From assembly GCA_938085445.1 (NCBI GenBank), contig CALKGR010000001.1:128001-192000 (forward strand): a stretch of DNA of 64,000 bases. Direction: 5' to 3'. The DNA comes from an uncultured Rubripirellula sp. Its GTDB lineage: Bacteria; Planctomycetota; Planctomycetia; Pirellulales; Pirellulaceae. The position numbers and the translations under genes are program-made. Below, one piece after another: positions 50,919 to 60,598 of the stretch; the stretch's first letter is position 1, and the number at the start of each line of letters is the position of its first letter. The notes under the pieces were generated by a model. It was not told where the DNA came from. It saw nothing but the letters and a program-made list of their open reading frames with translations, and searched no databases.

Positions 50919-53900
50919 GGGCGGTGGAATCAACTGCCCTCCCACTCGACCCAGCTTTGCATTTGGCCAGAACCGAGGTTCAATCGAGAACCCGATTCCG
51001 ACGTTATCACGTCCCTTATCGTACGTCATCCCAAGTCTAACCAAGAGTGACTCACCGATTCGAGTCAGGCCGGCTGATTGCGAAACGTTTCCAGTGCTGC
51101 TGAAATCATAACTCAGACCATTTGAAATGATCCACTTTTCATTCAACCGGTAATCAAGGTTGCTTCTGAATACCGTACTGCTGATAGGCCCCTCGATGGA
51201 CAACAACCCGAGATAGACGTCACCCATACCAGGACGGGTACTACGGACCCCGGCACTGATCGATCGTAGACCACCATCGAAAAAATCAAAATAGCCATCA
51301 CTTAAAAGCGAGACACGATCACCCACTTGGTACCTCATGTCATACGTAGCAGGACCCAGCGTCTTTCCAAAGTTATCGCGATTTGCGTCTGGAAAGATGA
51401 GCAGATCCAAGTCCAACTTAAAAAGATCCACAATGCGTTCAAGCCCGGGAAGACCACGCTTGGTTTGCAGTCTCTGGTGCAAACCGATTCGCACTTGCTG
51501 CAAGTCGGCAGCTACAACATCACTGGGGCTTGCCACAAGCTTCTGTATCCCCTGCCTAAATGCATAGTCTCTCGTCTGATAACGTGTACGCCCAAACATG
51601 AGGGGATTGCTTCGCAAGAAGCGTGATCGGTATTGCTGCTGAGCGTGATCATCCAGCGGATTGTAGAGTGGAAGTGCATCGAGATTTGAATTACTGTCAG
51701 CGTAAAAATATTCAGCCTGCCACTCGGCTTTGTGCGCTAGTCCTCGAATGTTTAACAAACTACTTTGAATGGTAGGATCCACACGTGAGGCGGGAAGTGT
51801 GGCTACGACCCCCCCCTGTCCAAACAATCGTGTGAGCGACTCTCCATCCGAAGCTTGGCCGTAGTAGGAAGCCTCTCCAGAAATGCTTGGCACGACTCTG
51901 ACTGGACCAAATTGCACCGGCAAGGCAATTTTCTGTCGTGTTCCGGTGACCATCCCTGAGGCATTTTCCAGCCCCACTCTTTTCAGCCCCACAATTCCTG
52001 GTGGCGGTGAAATCGGCGAATACATACTCCGTTCAGGTTCAGTCTCGGGAAAATCTCCAACCTGCAAACGGGAATAGCCGATTTTATTGTGGGCGGACCA
52101 CGTGAAGCGATCACCAAATATTGCTCCACCAATCATGTAGTGGTCCAACATGGGAAGGTTTTCAGTCGTCGTGAAAAAATCGTTGATTCGGGCTTGCCCA
52201 GTTAGATCAAACAGATGGCTGTTATGATACTTTCGCAATCGCAGAGCAGTGCTCTCGTTGATGTCACGATCCCACTCACCTTCGAAATATTGATCCAGAA
52301 AATTACGATCACTAATCCAACCGAGTTCGGCGATCAGCTCTAGATTGGAATTCAGATAATGTCGATGCCGCAAAAGAGAGCGACCACGGAACTTTGTTGA
52401 AGGTTGTAAATCACGTCGTCCTGCTCCCAAGTCATCCTTGCCGTCATCGTGGATTAACCATGTATCAAAATAACCATCCACAGGGCCATCGATTCCAAAA
52501 ATAGATGGCAAACTGTACTCAAGCATGGTTCCAATCGCTGGACCACGCTCACTCAAATAGTCCAGTGACATTTCCCAATCTGCACCGGGCGGCGCGTTTT
52601 CAATTCCAAACAATTGAAACAGATCAAAATCGAGCAACAACTGAGTGCCAAAGATCTGATCATTGCGCAACTTGATGCCAGAAACATAATAGCCTGGTCG
52701 CTCCAAACTGGTTGAAAAGGTAGGCCAGTAGAGTATTGGAACACCGCCAAAATAGACAAAGTTGTCACGACTATTGACGAATGCCTCGCTACGACTGGTG
52801 GGTAAACCAGTGGTGGGATCTGGCATGATTCGTTGACGATCTGTCAGTTGCAGACGCTCGCTCTGCAACCAGTACTGCGGCACGCCCATGCGACTGCTCG
52901 TGACTGCCGCATCAAAAGCGATAAAATTACCCTCAGCCACCTGCTGCAACACATCGGCCTTAAGGCGTACAACACCGAGATAATTTGGAATCGTAGTGAT
53001 GACTTCAGAATCCAAAACCATGCCCTGCTGCGTGGCGATGTTGTAATACATCGAGTTGGCATAAATGATTCGTTCGCCTTGCCGAAACACGATATCCCCT
53101 TCCAGATAGATTTCTCCATCAGATGGTGCACTCGCGTTCGAACGGTTGAATAGCGACCCCACTTCGGGCAACCAACCCACAACACGATCGGCCGATAACG
53201 AAATGGTTCCAAGATCCATCATGCCACCAGGCAGACTGACAGTCACGTCACGAATCAGAACAGTGACGCCACCTCTCGCCAAAACCACCGTATCGCCCAA
53301 CTCCGGCCGCGGCTTCATTTCAATCTGCAGTTGAGTCGATCCGTCTCGTGCACCGATCTCAATCGACTTGGTACCGCCACCTGTCAAAAAACGTACTGAT
53401 GAAGATTCGGTTGAATCCGGCGAAGGTGCTGGAAGAGCATTGTCTGACTGAGGCGCAATGATCGATTCTTCGAATTGCACCTGCTGGATCCCGACATCTG
53501 TCTTGGGAATCGCTTCCAGCCACTCATTGACAGGAAATGAATCAGAAGCCGGCAAATAACGAAGCAGCTCAGGGTCATCGCTTGGCTTCTTAAGCACACG
53601 GGGTGCAATGATCTGCGGGTCATCCAAAGTCAGAAGCGTCAATGCCCGCGGACTATCGCGCTCTTGTTTGGAACCACCAGCGATCACAATTCGAGTCCGG
53701 ACCTTACCCACGGGCCCATCGACCAACAGCAACATCGAATCAGCTTTGACAGACTGTTCACCAAAAGCAAAATCACAATCGCCTTGTAACAGCGATGCCT
53801 CTGCATCGTTAATCTGCCAACGCGAGACAACGTTGCCACGAACACGAATTACCTCAGGACTGATTTCTTGACTCGTCGCTGTACTTGCCGTCCAAAAAAC

Positions 53901-53975
53901 ACAGAAGGAAACCACAACAATCCGCGCAGCAGAGAACGCGGAAAACGACACTCTTCGTCGAATTCCGAAGCTCAT
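50898..53975 (-). CDS. LptD/OstA-like outer-membrane beta-barrel (LPS-assembly family, planctomycete type)
   Basis: Signal peptide; EIYLEGDIVFRQG..IYA..MYYN jellyroll segment; GVPILYWP; ISDRNFLDQYF; many aromatic amphipathic beta-strands. Confidence 0.75.
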   Translation of the reverse strand: MSFGIRRRVSFSAFSAARIVVVSFCVFWTASTATSQEISPEVIRVRGNVVSRWQINDAEASLLQGDCDFAFGEQSVKADSMLLLVDGPVGKVRTRIVIAGGSKQERDSPRALTLLTLDDPQIIAPRVLKKPSDDPELLRYLPASDSFPVNEWLEAIPKTDVGIQQVQFEESIIAPQSDNALPAPSPDSTESSSVRFLTGGGTKSIEIGARDGSTQLQIEMKPRPELGDTVVLARGGVTVLIRDVTVSLPGGMMDLGTISLSADRVVGWLPEVGSLFNRSNASAPSDGEIYLEGDIVFRQGERIIYANSMYYNIATQQGMVLDSEVITTIPNYLGVVRLKADVLQQVAEGNFIAFDAAVTSSRMGVPQYWLQSERLQLTDRQRIMPDPTTGLPTSRSEAFVNSRDNFVYFGGVPILYWPTFSTSLERPGYYVSGIKLRNDQIFGTQLLLDFDLFQLFGIENAPPGADWEMSLDYLSERGPAIGTMLEYSLPSIFGIDGPVDGYFDTWLIHDDGKDDLGAGRRDLQPSTKFRGRSLLRHRHYLNSNLELIAELGWISDRNFLDQYFEGEWDRDINESTALRLRKYHNSHLFDLTGQARINDFFTTTENLPMLDHYMIGGAIFGDRFTWSAHNKIGYSRLQVGDFPETEPERSMYSPISPPPGIVGLKRVGLENASGMVTGTRQKIALPVQFGPVRVVPSISGEASYYGQASDGESLTRLFGQGGVVATLPASRVDPTIQSSLLNIRGLAHKAEWQAEYFYADSNSNLDALPLYNPLDDHAQQQYRSRFLRSNPLMFGRTRYQTRDYAFRQGIQKLVASPSDVVAADLQQVRIGLHQRLQTKRGLPGLERIVDLFKLDLDLLIFPDANRDNFGKTLGPATYDMRYQVGDRVSLLSDGYFDFFDGGLRSISAGVRSTRPGMGDVYLGLLSIEGPISSTVFRSNLDYRLNEKWIISNGLSYDFSSTGNVSQSAGLTRIGESLLVRLGMTYDKGRDNVGIGFSIEPRFWPNAKLGRVGGQLIPPPGVEGFE

Positions 53976-54173
53976 GGGTTCAGCGGTGGCTTCCTTGCCG
54001 CCCAAGTTGACTGCTTCCCTTGCGAAAAAGAAAAAATTACGTTCGGACAGAACGCTTCGGCAGTCTACGAATTGATTTCAGACAATCACAAGCTTGAAAC
54101 GGGTAATTGCGATGGTAAATCCGACGGTTTCCGGAATAGATTTCGTGGAACAGGGCTCTAACGGGCGTGAAAC

Positions 54174-54992
54174 TCACTTCCCGTTGGATGCCTTGCCCAC
54201 CGCGGCTGCAGCCTTGGCTTCAAATTCGCGCTTAAATAGCAAAGTTTCAGTCAGTCTACTGCGGATCAACGTTGCCCATTGATCGTAACCGGCTTCATTC
54301 AAATGCAAGCGGTCACTCACAAATAACTCATCACGAGGCTTCCCCTCAGGATCCAAATAATGTTCTGCAGTCGCTATGAAATGTGTGTTCGGCGTTGAAA
54401 GTGCGATTTCCCGTAATCGTTCATTCACTTTGCGAATGGCCGGCCATGCTGAATACCGGCTCGAGGTTGGGGTCACCTCAATCAGAAACACAGGAGCATC
54501 TGCTTGGTGACTTTTTGACACTGAAACAATGTACCTCGCCAATTCTTCCACTTGATCAGGCGTGTGGTCGTCAGGTTTTCCTCGAACATCATTGCCAACG
54601 AAAATCACGAGGGCCTGGTATGCATGCGGCCGCAGCAGACGTTTGGCAAAAACAGCAACATCACTGTACTTAGCCCCTCCATAGCCTCGCTGTATTGTTC
54701 GAAAGGGTGCCATATCAGTAGCGATATCGGACCATCTTCGAATGCTACTGCTACCTATGAACAGAATGGCGTCTTCGGGATCACGCTCAGTCGCGTCACG
54801 AGCCTCAATTTTTCGAATATCCTGTTCCCACCTATCGCTCGCCTTTTCTCGATAGCGATCTAGGAAACTACTGTCTGGAGTTACTTCTGCCGCGCATAAA
54901 ATTGAACCTCGTGAGCCACCCTGGAAGAGCCAAGTCTGAGTGATCGCCAGAGCTAAAACCACACACAACAGCACAATCGTTCGCATTTTCAA
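54174..54992 (-). CDS. SGNH/GDSL-like hydrolase
   Basis: FIGSSS, RGYGG, VGND, DRLHL blocks; signal peptide. Confidence 0.88.
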   Translation of the reverse strand: MKMRTIVLLCVVLALAITQTWLFQGGSRGSILCAAEVTPDSSFLDRYREKASDRWEQDIRKIEARDATERDPEDAILFIGSSSIRRWSDIATDMAPFRTIQRGYGGAKYSDVAVFAKRLLRPHAYQALVIFVGNDVRGKPDDHTPDQVEELARYIVSVSKSHQADAPVFLIEVTPTSSRYSAWPAIRKVNERLREIALSTPNTHFIATAEHYLDPEGKPRDELFVSDRLHLNEAGYDQWATLIRSRLTETLLFKREFEAKAAAAVGKASNGK

Positions 54993-55281
54993 CTCACCCT
55001 AACAATTTCACTTTCCTCAGCAACTCTCGTTAATCGTGTTCAAACTTGGCGACCTGTGTCCAAACCTCGTTCATGCACAACGACAGCACACTGCTAACAA
55101 CTCACTCTGGAAATCTTAACCTAACCTACAGGAAAATGTATCAGCTGCTTATACCACGACTGGTATGACATACAATGATTCCACAGCTTTCTCTCGTTTT
55201 CAAATCAGTCGACTAGCTGCACAATTTTCGAAACTCACATTTCGGCAGGCCGCACTGCCCTACTGAAAAATCATACTGAAC

Positions 55282-57108
55282 TTGACCATGTCCAAAACGC
55301 TGCAGCGATTCTTTTTTCTAATACCAATGATGCTACTCTCGAACGTGGCGTTAACACAGGAACCCAACTCGAAGCAAATCATAGCAGATCGGATATTGAC
55401 CGACTTACTCGATCAAGTTTGGGATTTCGAACTTGAATCCTCTCCGTTACTGGCAACCAATATCGGTGATCCACGTGGGCAGCATTGCCTCGCCGACGAC
55501 AGCCTTTCAGCCATCCAAGCACGAGCAGATCGACGCAGCAAATTCTTGGAAGCACTTGAGGCTATCCTTGTGGACAATCTCAGTGAAGGAAAACGAATAG
55601 ATCATGAATTGCTGCGACGACGACTTGAGGGCCAAATCGCTGACTTCCGTTTCAAGACCCATTTAATGCCCATCAATAATCGAGGCGGTTTTCATATTCG
55701 TTTCCCGGAGTTGCCCCGCGTGATGGCCCCAAAATCCGAACAGAACTTTGCAGACTACATTGCTCGCCTCAGGGATTTTGACCGTTATACCAATCAGCAA
55801 ATAGAGTTACTGCGAGGCGGGATCAAGGCTGGCTTGGTTCAACCAGCAATCATCATGCGGGATTCACTCTCTCAGGTTGAATCGCATATCGTTGAAGACG
55901 TAACGAAATCGCTTTTTCTGACAAACATCGCAGCAGAGTCGAAACGCAAGCTTGGTGCCGAACGATGGGCTCACGTCAATGAGCAAATCGAGCATGCACT
56001 TAAGCAGAGCGTCATTCCAGCTTATCAGCGTTTTGCAAATTTTCTTCGAACCGAATATCTTCCTGCATGTCGAGGACCTGTAGGAGCATCCGCTATGCCG
56101 ATGGGGCGAGAATTTTATCTCGACCGCATACGGCGTTTTACCACCATCGAAATCTCCCCAGAAGAATTACACCAAACTGGAGTAAACGAAAATGCACGTA
56201 TCCGTTCTGAGATGGAACTGATTAAGCAGAAAGTAGATTTTGACGGCACACTCGATGAGTTTCTTGAGCACTTGAGAACAGACCCCAGATTCTATGCCAA
56301 GTCAGCTGAAGAATTAATGCAAACCACCGCCTTGATTTTAAAGCGTGCAGATGGCCGTTTACCTGAACTGTTTGGACACCTGCCGCGAATCCCATACGGA
56401 CTGCGTGAAATTCCAACCTACGTGGCACCGCAAACAACGGCAGCCTACTATTGGCCTCCAGCGACCGATGGCACTCGTGGTGGTGTTTACTACTTGAACA
56501 CTTACAACTTATCCTCTCGCCCGCTGTATCAACTTGAAGCGTTATCGCTCCATGAGGCTGTCCCTGGTCATCATCTGCAACTGGCCATTCAGGCCGAACT
56601 CGAAAACCTGCATCCCATCAGTCGCGAAAGTAACTTCACAGCATTTATCGAAGGCTGGGCGTTGTATAGCGAACGCTTGGGGAAGGACATCGGATTTTAC
56701 AAGGACCCTTATCAGGACTTTGGGCGATTGAGCATGGAGGCTTGGCGCGCAAGTCGGCTTGTTGTGGATACAGGATTGCATTGGATGGGTTGGTCACGGC
56801 AGCAGGCAATCGACTACATGACCGCAAACACAGCATTAAGCCCCCACAACATCGTGGCTGAAGTTGATCGCTACATCGGATGGCCGGGTCAGGCGCTTGC
56901 CTACAAGACAGGCGAACTCGCTATCAGTCGTATTCGTAAGCAAGCTGAGCAAACGCTTGGTGACGACTTTGATGTGCGATCATTCCATGATCGAGTTCTT
57001 GAAGCCGGCTCCATTCCACTGCCCATGCTTGAACAACGAATCAATCAGTGGGTCGACAAACAACAAAGCTCAAACGGGGCAGAGCCAAAACGAAAACAGC
57101 AAAATTGA
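55282..57108 (+). CDS. DUF885 family secreted protein (putative metallopeptidase)
   Basis: LHEAVPGHHLQ, FIEGWALYSE, RLVVDTGLH, EVDRY..WPGQALAYK. Confidence 0.92.
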   Translation: MTMSKTLQRFFFLIPMMLLSNVALTQEPNSKQIIADRILTDLLDQVWDFELESSPLLATNIGDPRGQHCLADDSLSAIQARADRRSKFLEALEAILVDNLSEGKRIDHELLRRRLEGQIADFRFKTHLMPINNRGGFHIRFPELPRVMAPKSEQNFADYIARLRDFDRYTNQQIELLRGGIKAGLVQPAIIMRDSLSQVESHIVEDVTKSLFLTNIAAESKRKLGAERWAHVNEQIEHALKQSVIPAYQRFANFLRTEYLPACRGPVGASAMPMGREFYLDRIRRFTTIEISPEELHQTGVNENARIRSEMELIKQKVDFDGTLDEFLEHLRTDPRFYAKSAEELMQTTALILKRADGRLPELFGHLPRIPYGLREIPTYVAPQTTAAYYWPPATDGTRGGVYYLNTYNLSSRPLYQLEALSLHEAVPGHHLQLAIQAELENLHPISRESNFTAFIEGWALYSERLGKDIGFYKDPYQDFGRLSMEAWRASRLVVDTGLHWMGWSRQQAIDYMTANTALSPHNIVAEVDRYIGWPGQALAYKTGELAISRIRKQAEQTLGDDFDVRSFHDRVLEAGSIPLPMLEQRINQWVDKQQSSNGAEPKRKQQN

Positions 57109-57169
57109 CCAGGCGAGGCGGCCCTTGCCACAAATTTCACTCGGACTGCAGAAAAAAGCGTTTCCAACG

Positions 57170-57673
57170 CTAATGATTTGCTTGACCCTTGATCGTTCGC
57201 TGGGCGACCTGCCAAGCGTCAACAAGATGCTGTGCATAGGCATCCGGTTCCAGCAATCGGTCAATATCCGTGGTCGTTATCTCGATCAACCATCCATCGC
57301 TGTAAGTATCTGCATTGATCAAAGACGGATCATCGAGAGTCAGTTCGTTAATCTTGGACAACGATCCAGCCACCGGTGAATAGAGATCACTTTCAGCTTT
57401 TTTGCTTTCAATCGAACCAATCTGCGCCCGCAATCCAATGGGAGCAGGCGCTTCTATTTCCCAATCCAGAAAATAAATATCCTGCAGTAAGCGGACCGCG
57501 TAAGCAGTCAAGCCGAACCGCCATACACCAGTGGCGACCTCACTACCCCACATGTGATTGGTCGCATAGCAGCGATCTCGCGGGAATTCGGCAATGAAAT
57601 CCCCCATGGGGAACGAAAAAAATTCTTCCGATGCCTCTTCAGCCGAATTGTCAGCTACACCATCATCACTCAC
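57170..57673 (-). CDS. Glycine cleavage H-like lipoyl-carrier protein
   Basis: YATNHMW, FGLT, IESKKAESDLYSPVAG, INADTYSDGWL; GTGA overlap with the radical SAM stop. Confidence 0.88.
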   Translation of the reverse strand: MSDDGVADNSAEEASEEFFSFPMGDFIAEFPRDRCYATNHMWGSEVATGVWRFGLTAYAVRLLQDIYFLDWEIEAPAPIGLRAQIGSIESKKAESDLYSPVAGSLSKINELTLDDPSLINADTYSDGWLIEITTTDIDRLLEPDAYAQHLVDAWQVAQRTIKGQANH

Positions 57674-58989
57674 GTGTAGCGTACTCCCTGAAACTCAACT
57701 TCAAAAAACGGTGGCAAAAGTCCATCTACTCTGAGTAATCCTGCTTGGGTCAATTCAATGGAATCTCCATTCATTTTGACGTAACCGTCGGTGACGTACC
57801 TCTGCCATTGTTCAGAAAATTCCTCCCGAACATCTACACCAAACTTCTCTTGGAAATAGCCAACATCCAAGTACCCACGCTTAAGCAGCAAAATCATTTC
57901 ACGCACCAGCTGCTGGTGCGAACTTGGGACAAATCCCCTTCCCAGTGGAAGGTCGCCGGATTCAATGGTTGCAAGATACTTCTCAAGGTCAGCAAGATTT
58001 TGATAATGGACTCCATTCGCATGTCCGAAACTGGCAATGCCTGTTGCCAGCAAGTCCGCTCCCTTCCACAGGTTGTCACGATAGCTGAAGTTCACTTTGG
58101 TGGGATCTTTGACAACAGTGTACGCACTGCTAACGCTGTATCCTGCTTTTTCAAATTCACCGAACGCATACTCAACCCAAGCACGTTTGGTGTCCCAATC
58201 AGCAACAGGACTCTCGACCTGATTGCCGAGAATGTCCTTGCTGTAAACGGTATTGAACGGTAATTCCATCTGATAAATCGTGACACTCTCTGGAGACAAT
58301 TCAAGAGTTTTGTCGACATTGATTTTCCAGTTGTCCCAAGTCTCACCGACCATTCCAGAAATCAGGTCAATGTTGACGTTTGGAAAGTCGGCGGCTGTAA
58401 TCCAATCCCATGCGTTAAAAACCTGCTTGGACAAATGTGCGCGACCATTTTCTTCAAGTAACTTGTCTGAGAAGTTTTCGACTCCCAAACTCAACCGAGT
58501 AACACCAAGAACATCTCTTAGCGTTTTTACTTTGGTCTCACTCAGTGTTCCGGGTTCGCATTCAAAGGTAACCTCCTCAGCACCGTCCCAAGTGATATGC
58601 TCCCGAAGTCGATCAGCAAGTTTGGTCAATTGCTTAGGTGACAGAAAACTCGGTGTTCCACCACCAAAGTAGACGAACCGAAACGGCCGGTCGCCCATGA
58701 CCGGCAGTTGGCTTACAAGAGAAATTTCGTTGCATAGTGCATCAACATAGCGTTGCACCTCGGCAGCTTTAACATCGGTGAACACCTTAAAGTAACAAAA
58801 CTTGCACCGCTTCCGACAAAATGGAATGTGCAAGTAGAGACCCAAAGGCGTTTGCTCACTAGGCGGATGTTCCAGTGCTTTGTGCACGGCAGGTAGCTCA
58901 TCACGATTCCACTGACTATACGGTGGATAGTTTGAGATGAAATAACTGCCGACTTCGGTTTTTTTCTTGTCGCTTGAAGCGGAAGCCAT
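57670..58989 (-). CDS. HemN/class C-like radical SAM enzyme
   Basis: LYLHIPFCRKRCKFCYF (CxxxCxxC), VYFGGGTPS, TRLSLGVE, NIDLISG, HemN_C-like tail. Confidence 0.9.
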   Translation of the reverse strand: MASASSDKKKTEVGSYFISNYPPYSQWNRDELPAVHKALEHPPSEQTPLGLYLHIPFCRKRCKFCYFKVFTDVKAAEVQRYVDALCNEISLVSQLPVMGDRPFRFVYFGGGTPSFLSPKQLTKLADRLREHITWDGAEEVTFECEPGTLSETKVKTLRDVLGVTRLSLGVENFSDKLLEENGRAHLSKQVFNAWDWITAADFPNVNIDLISGMVGETWDNWKINVDKTLELSPESVTIYQMELPFNTVYSKDILGNQVESPVADWDTKRAWVEYAFGEFEKAGYSVSSAYTVVKDPTKVNFSYRDNLWKGADLLATGIASFGHANGVHYQNLADLEKYLATIESGDLPLGRGFVPSSHQQLVREMILLLKRGYLDVGYFQEKFGVDVREEFSEQWQRYVTDGYVKMNGDSIELTQAGLLRVDGLLPPFFEVEFQGVRYT

Positions 58990-59064
58990 GAAACGAAGCC
59001 AATGTTAAGGGAGGTGATTGTCGAATCGCATTCTGCGACATTTTAGATGTATCGCAGCAGACTG

Positions 59065-60390
59065 CTACAGCCCCTTTGACGGAACCGTTGAATTGATTTT
59101 GGAACTTACTGCGGCATCCGCTTTATCTTTGCCTTTCTCGGCTCCGAAACAGCGAACAACACCATCATCATCGGCTATGAACAATTCTTGGCCGGCAATC
59201 GCAGGGCCAGCGATAAAGGAGCCTCGAATCTCATAACTCCATTTCTCCTCAGTTCCATTCTCGAGCTCGAGTCGAATCAATCTGCCATCAGTGGCAGCAA
59301 TCCAAACATCTTTCCCGGCAATCACTGGTGAAGCATCGGCGCGCCGGCGTAGAGTATGCCTCCACTTTAACTCACCCGTCGCAGTGGAAATTGCATCCAC
59401 CTGTTTGAACTGACTGCTCAACACGACCAGATCAGTGGTGACAGCAGCACTATTTCGATATTCCTGCGGACGCTCTTCGTCCAGGTGCTGCCAGAGTTCT
59501 TTTTGGGCCTTCCAGTCGAATGCCAGCACGACCCCGTCCATAATGGGCAGAAAAGCTTTGTTACCAACAACGCTGGGAGTCGACCCCGTGGGCCCTCCCA
59601 ACTCAAACGTTTTGCCCATGGCCTCACCCGTCTCAAGATTAACAACGTGCAATTGGCCATCACAACCTCCCAGAAAAGTTCGGTCACCTGCTACGGTCGG
59701 ACTACAACGGATTTGGTCATTCGCCTCATACGTCCAAACTTTCTCCCCATCTTTCAAGCGAAAGCAATGAAGCTTGCCGTCTCCACTTGCAGCCAAAACG
59801 TTTTCACCATGAAATGCAACTGATCCTTGGATTTCACCATCGGTCGACTTCCGCCACAGCTCTTTTCCATCGATTGCACTGAGTTTGTAAAGATTTCCAT
59901 CAATATCACCAATCACCAGTTCCTCAGCTTTGACCGAGGGTGAAGCAAGAAAGCCGGTATCGAAATCGACTTTCCAGATTTCCTCTCCCGTCGCACGGTC
60001 GATGGCGTAAACCTTTCCCATCACATCTGAAACAAAAACCCGCTTTCCGACGACTACCGGAGTCGTCTCAATGGCCTCGTCAGCTTTGTATTCCCAAATC
60101 ACCCGCAGGTTCTCAGGCAAAGTTTGGTCAGCGTGCCCGGTCGATTGAGCATCCCCACGAGCGGTTGGCCAATTAAGTTGACTCGAATCAGCCGCCGCCC
60201 GCACTTCCATCGTGGGGGTTGTGGCAGAAGCGGTCCCCACCAGATTGCCGGCAACCGCTGAGCTCGAGACCACGAGAGACGCAAGGGGCATCAACAGGCC
60301 CAAGACGCCTTTTGAAGGGACGAGCGGCCGGTTTTTGCGGATTGTAACGAACATGCGGAACTCTTCGTGAGGTGTTTCCAGCTCAATCAT
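59065..60390 (-). CDS. Secreted PQQ-binding-like (BamB-like) beta-propeller repeat protein
   Basis: WPTARGD..STG start and repeated AxDxxTGExxW blades with SP motifs. Start uncertain. Confidence 0.9.
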   Translation of the reverse strand: MIELETPHEEFRMFVTIRKNRPLVPSKGVLGLLMPLASLVVSSSAVAGNLVGTASATTPTMEVRAAADSSQLNWPTARGDAQSTGHADQTLPENLRVIWEYKADEAIETTPVVVGKRVFVSDVMGKVYAIDRATGEEIWKVDFDTGFLASPSVKAEELVIGDIDGNLYKLSAIDGKELWRKSTDGEIQGSVAFHGENVLAASGDGKLHCFRLKDGEKVWTYEANDQIRCSPTVAGDRTFLGGCDGQLHVVNLETGEAMGKTFELGGPTGSTPSVVGNKAFLPIMDGVVLAFDWKAQKELWQHLDEERPQEYRNSAAVTTDLVVLSSQFKQVDAISTATGELKWRHTLRRRADASPVIAGKDVWIAATDGRLIRLELENGTEEKWSYEIRGSFIAGPAIAGQELFIADDDGVVRCFGAEKGKDKADAAVSSKINSTVPSKGL

Positions 60391-60598
60391 CTGAAAAAAC
60401 GGGTGTGTGCCAAAGTGTCTTGGGAATCAAAGGGCCTCAAAACCGATTACTCTTTAGAGACCCCTGCTCCCCCAAGACTGTCGGTCTATTATAGGCTCTT
60501 GACCGTGGAGTCCACCGGCGGCGTGCTGATTATTGGCCTCAACTTGGCCAAACACGCCTTATGAACCTTCTTTTTTTCTTCATAGCTTCCAACAGTCC

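Noticed and set aside
57170..57673. Calling this gene canonical gcvH
   Set aside because: Divergent motifs and no gcvT/gcvP context, so the symbol is withheld.
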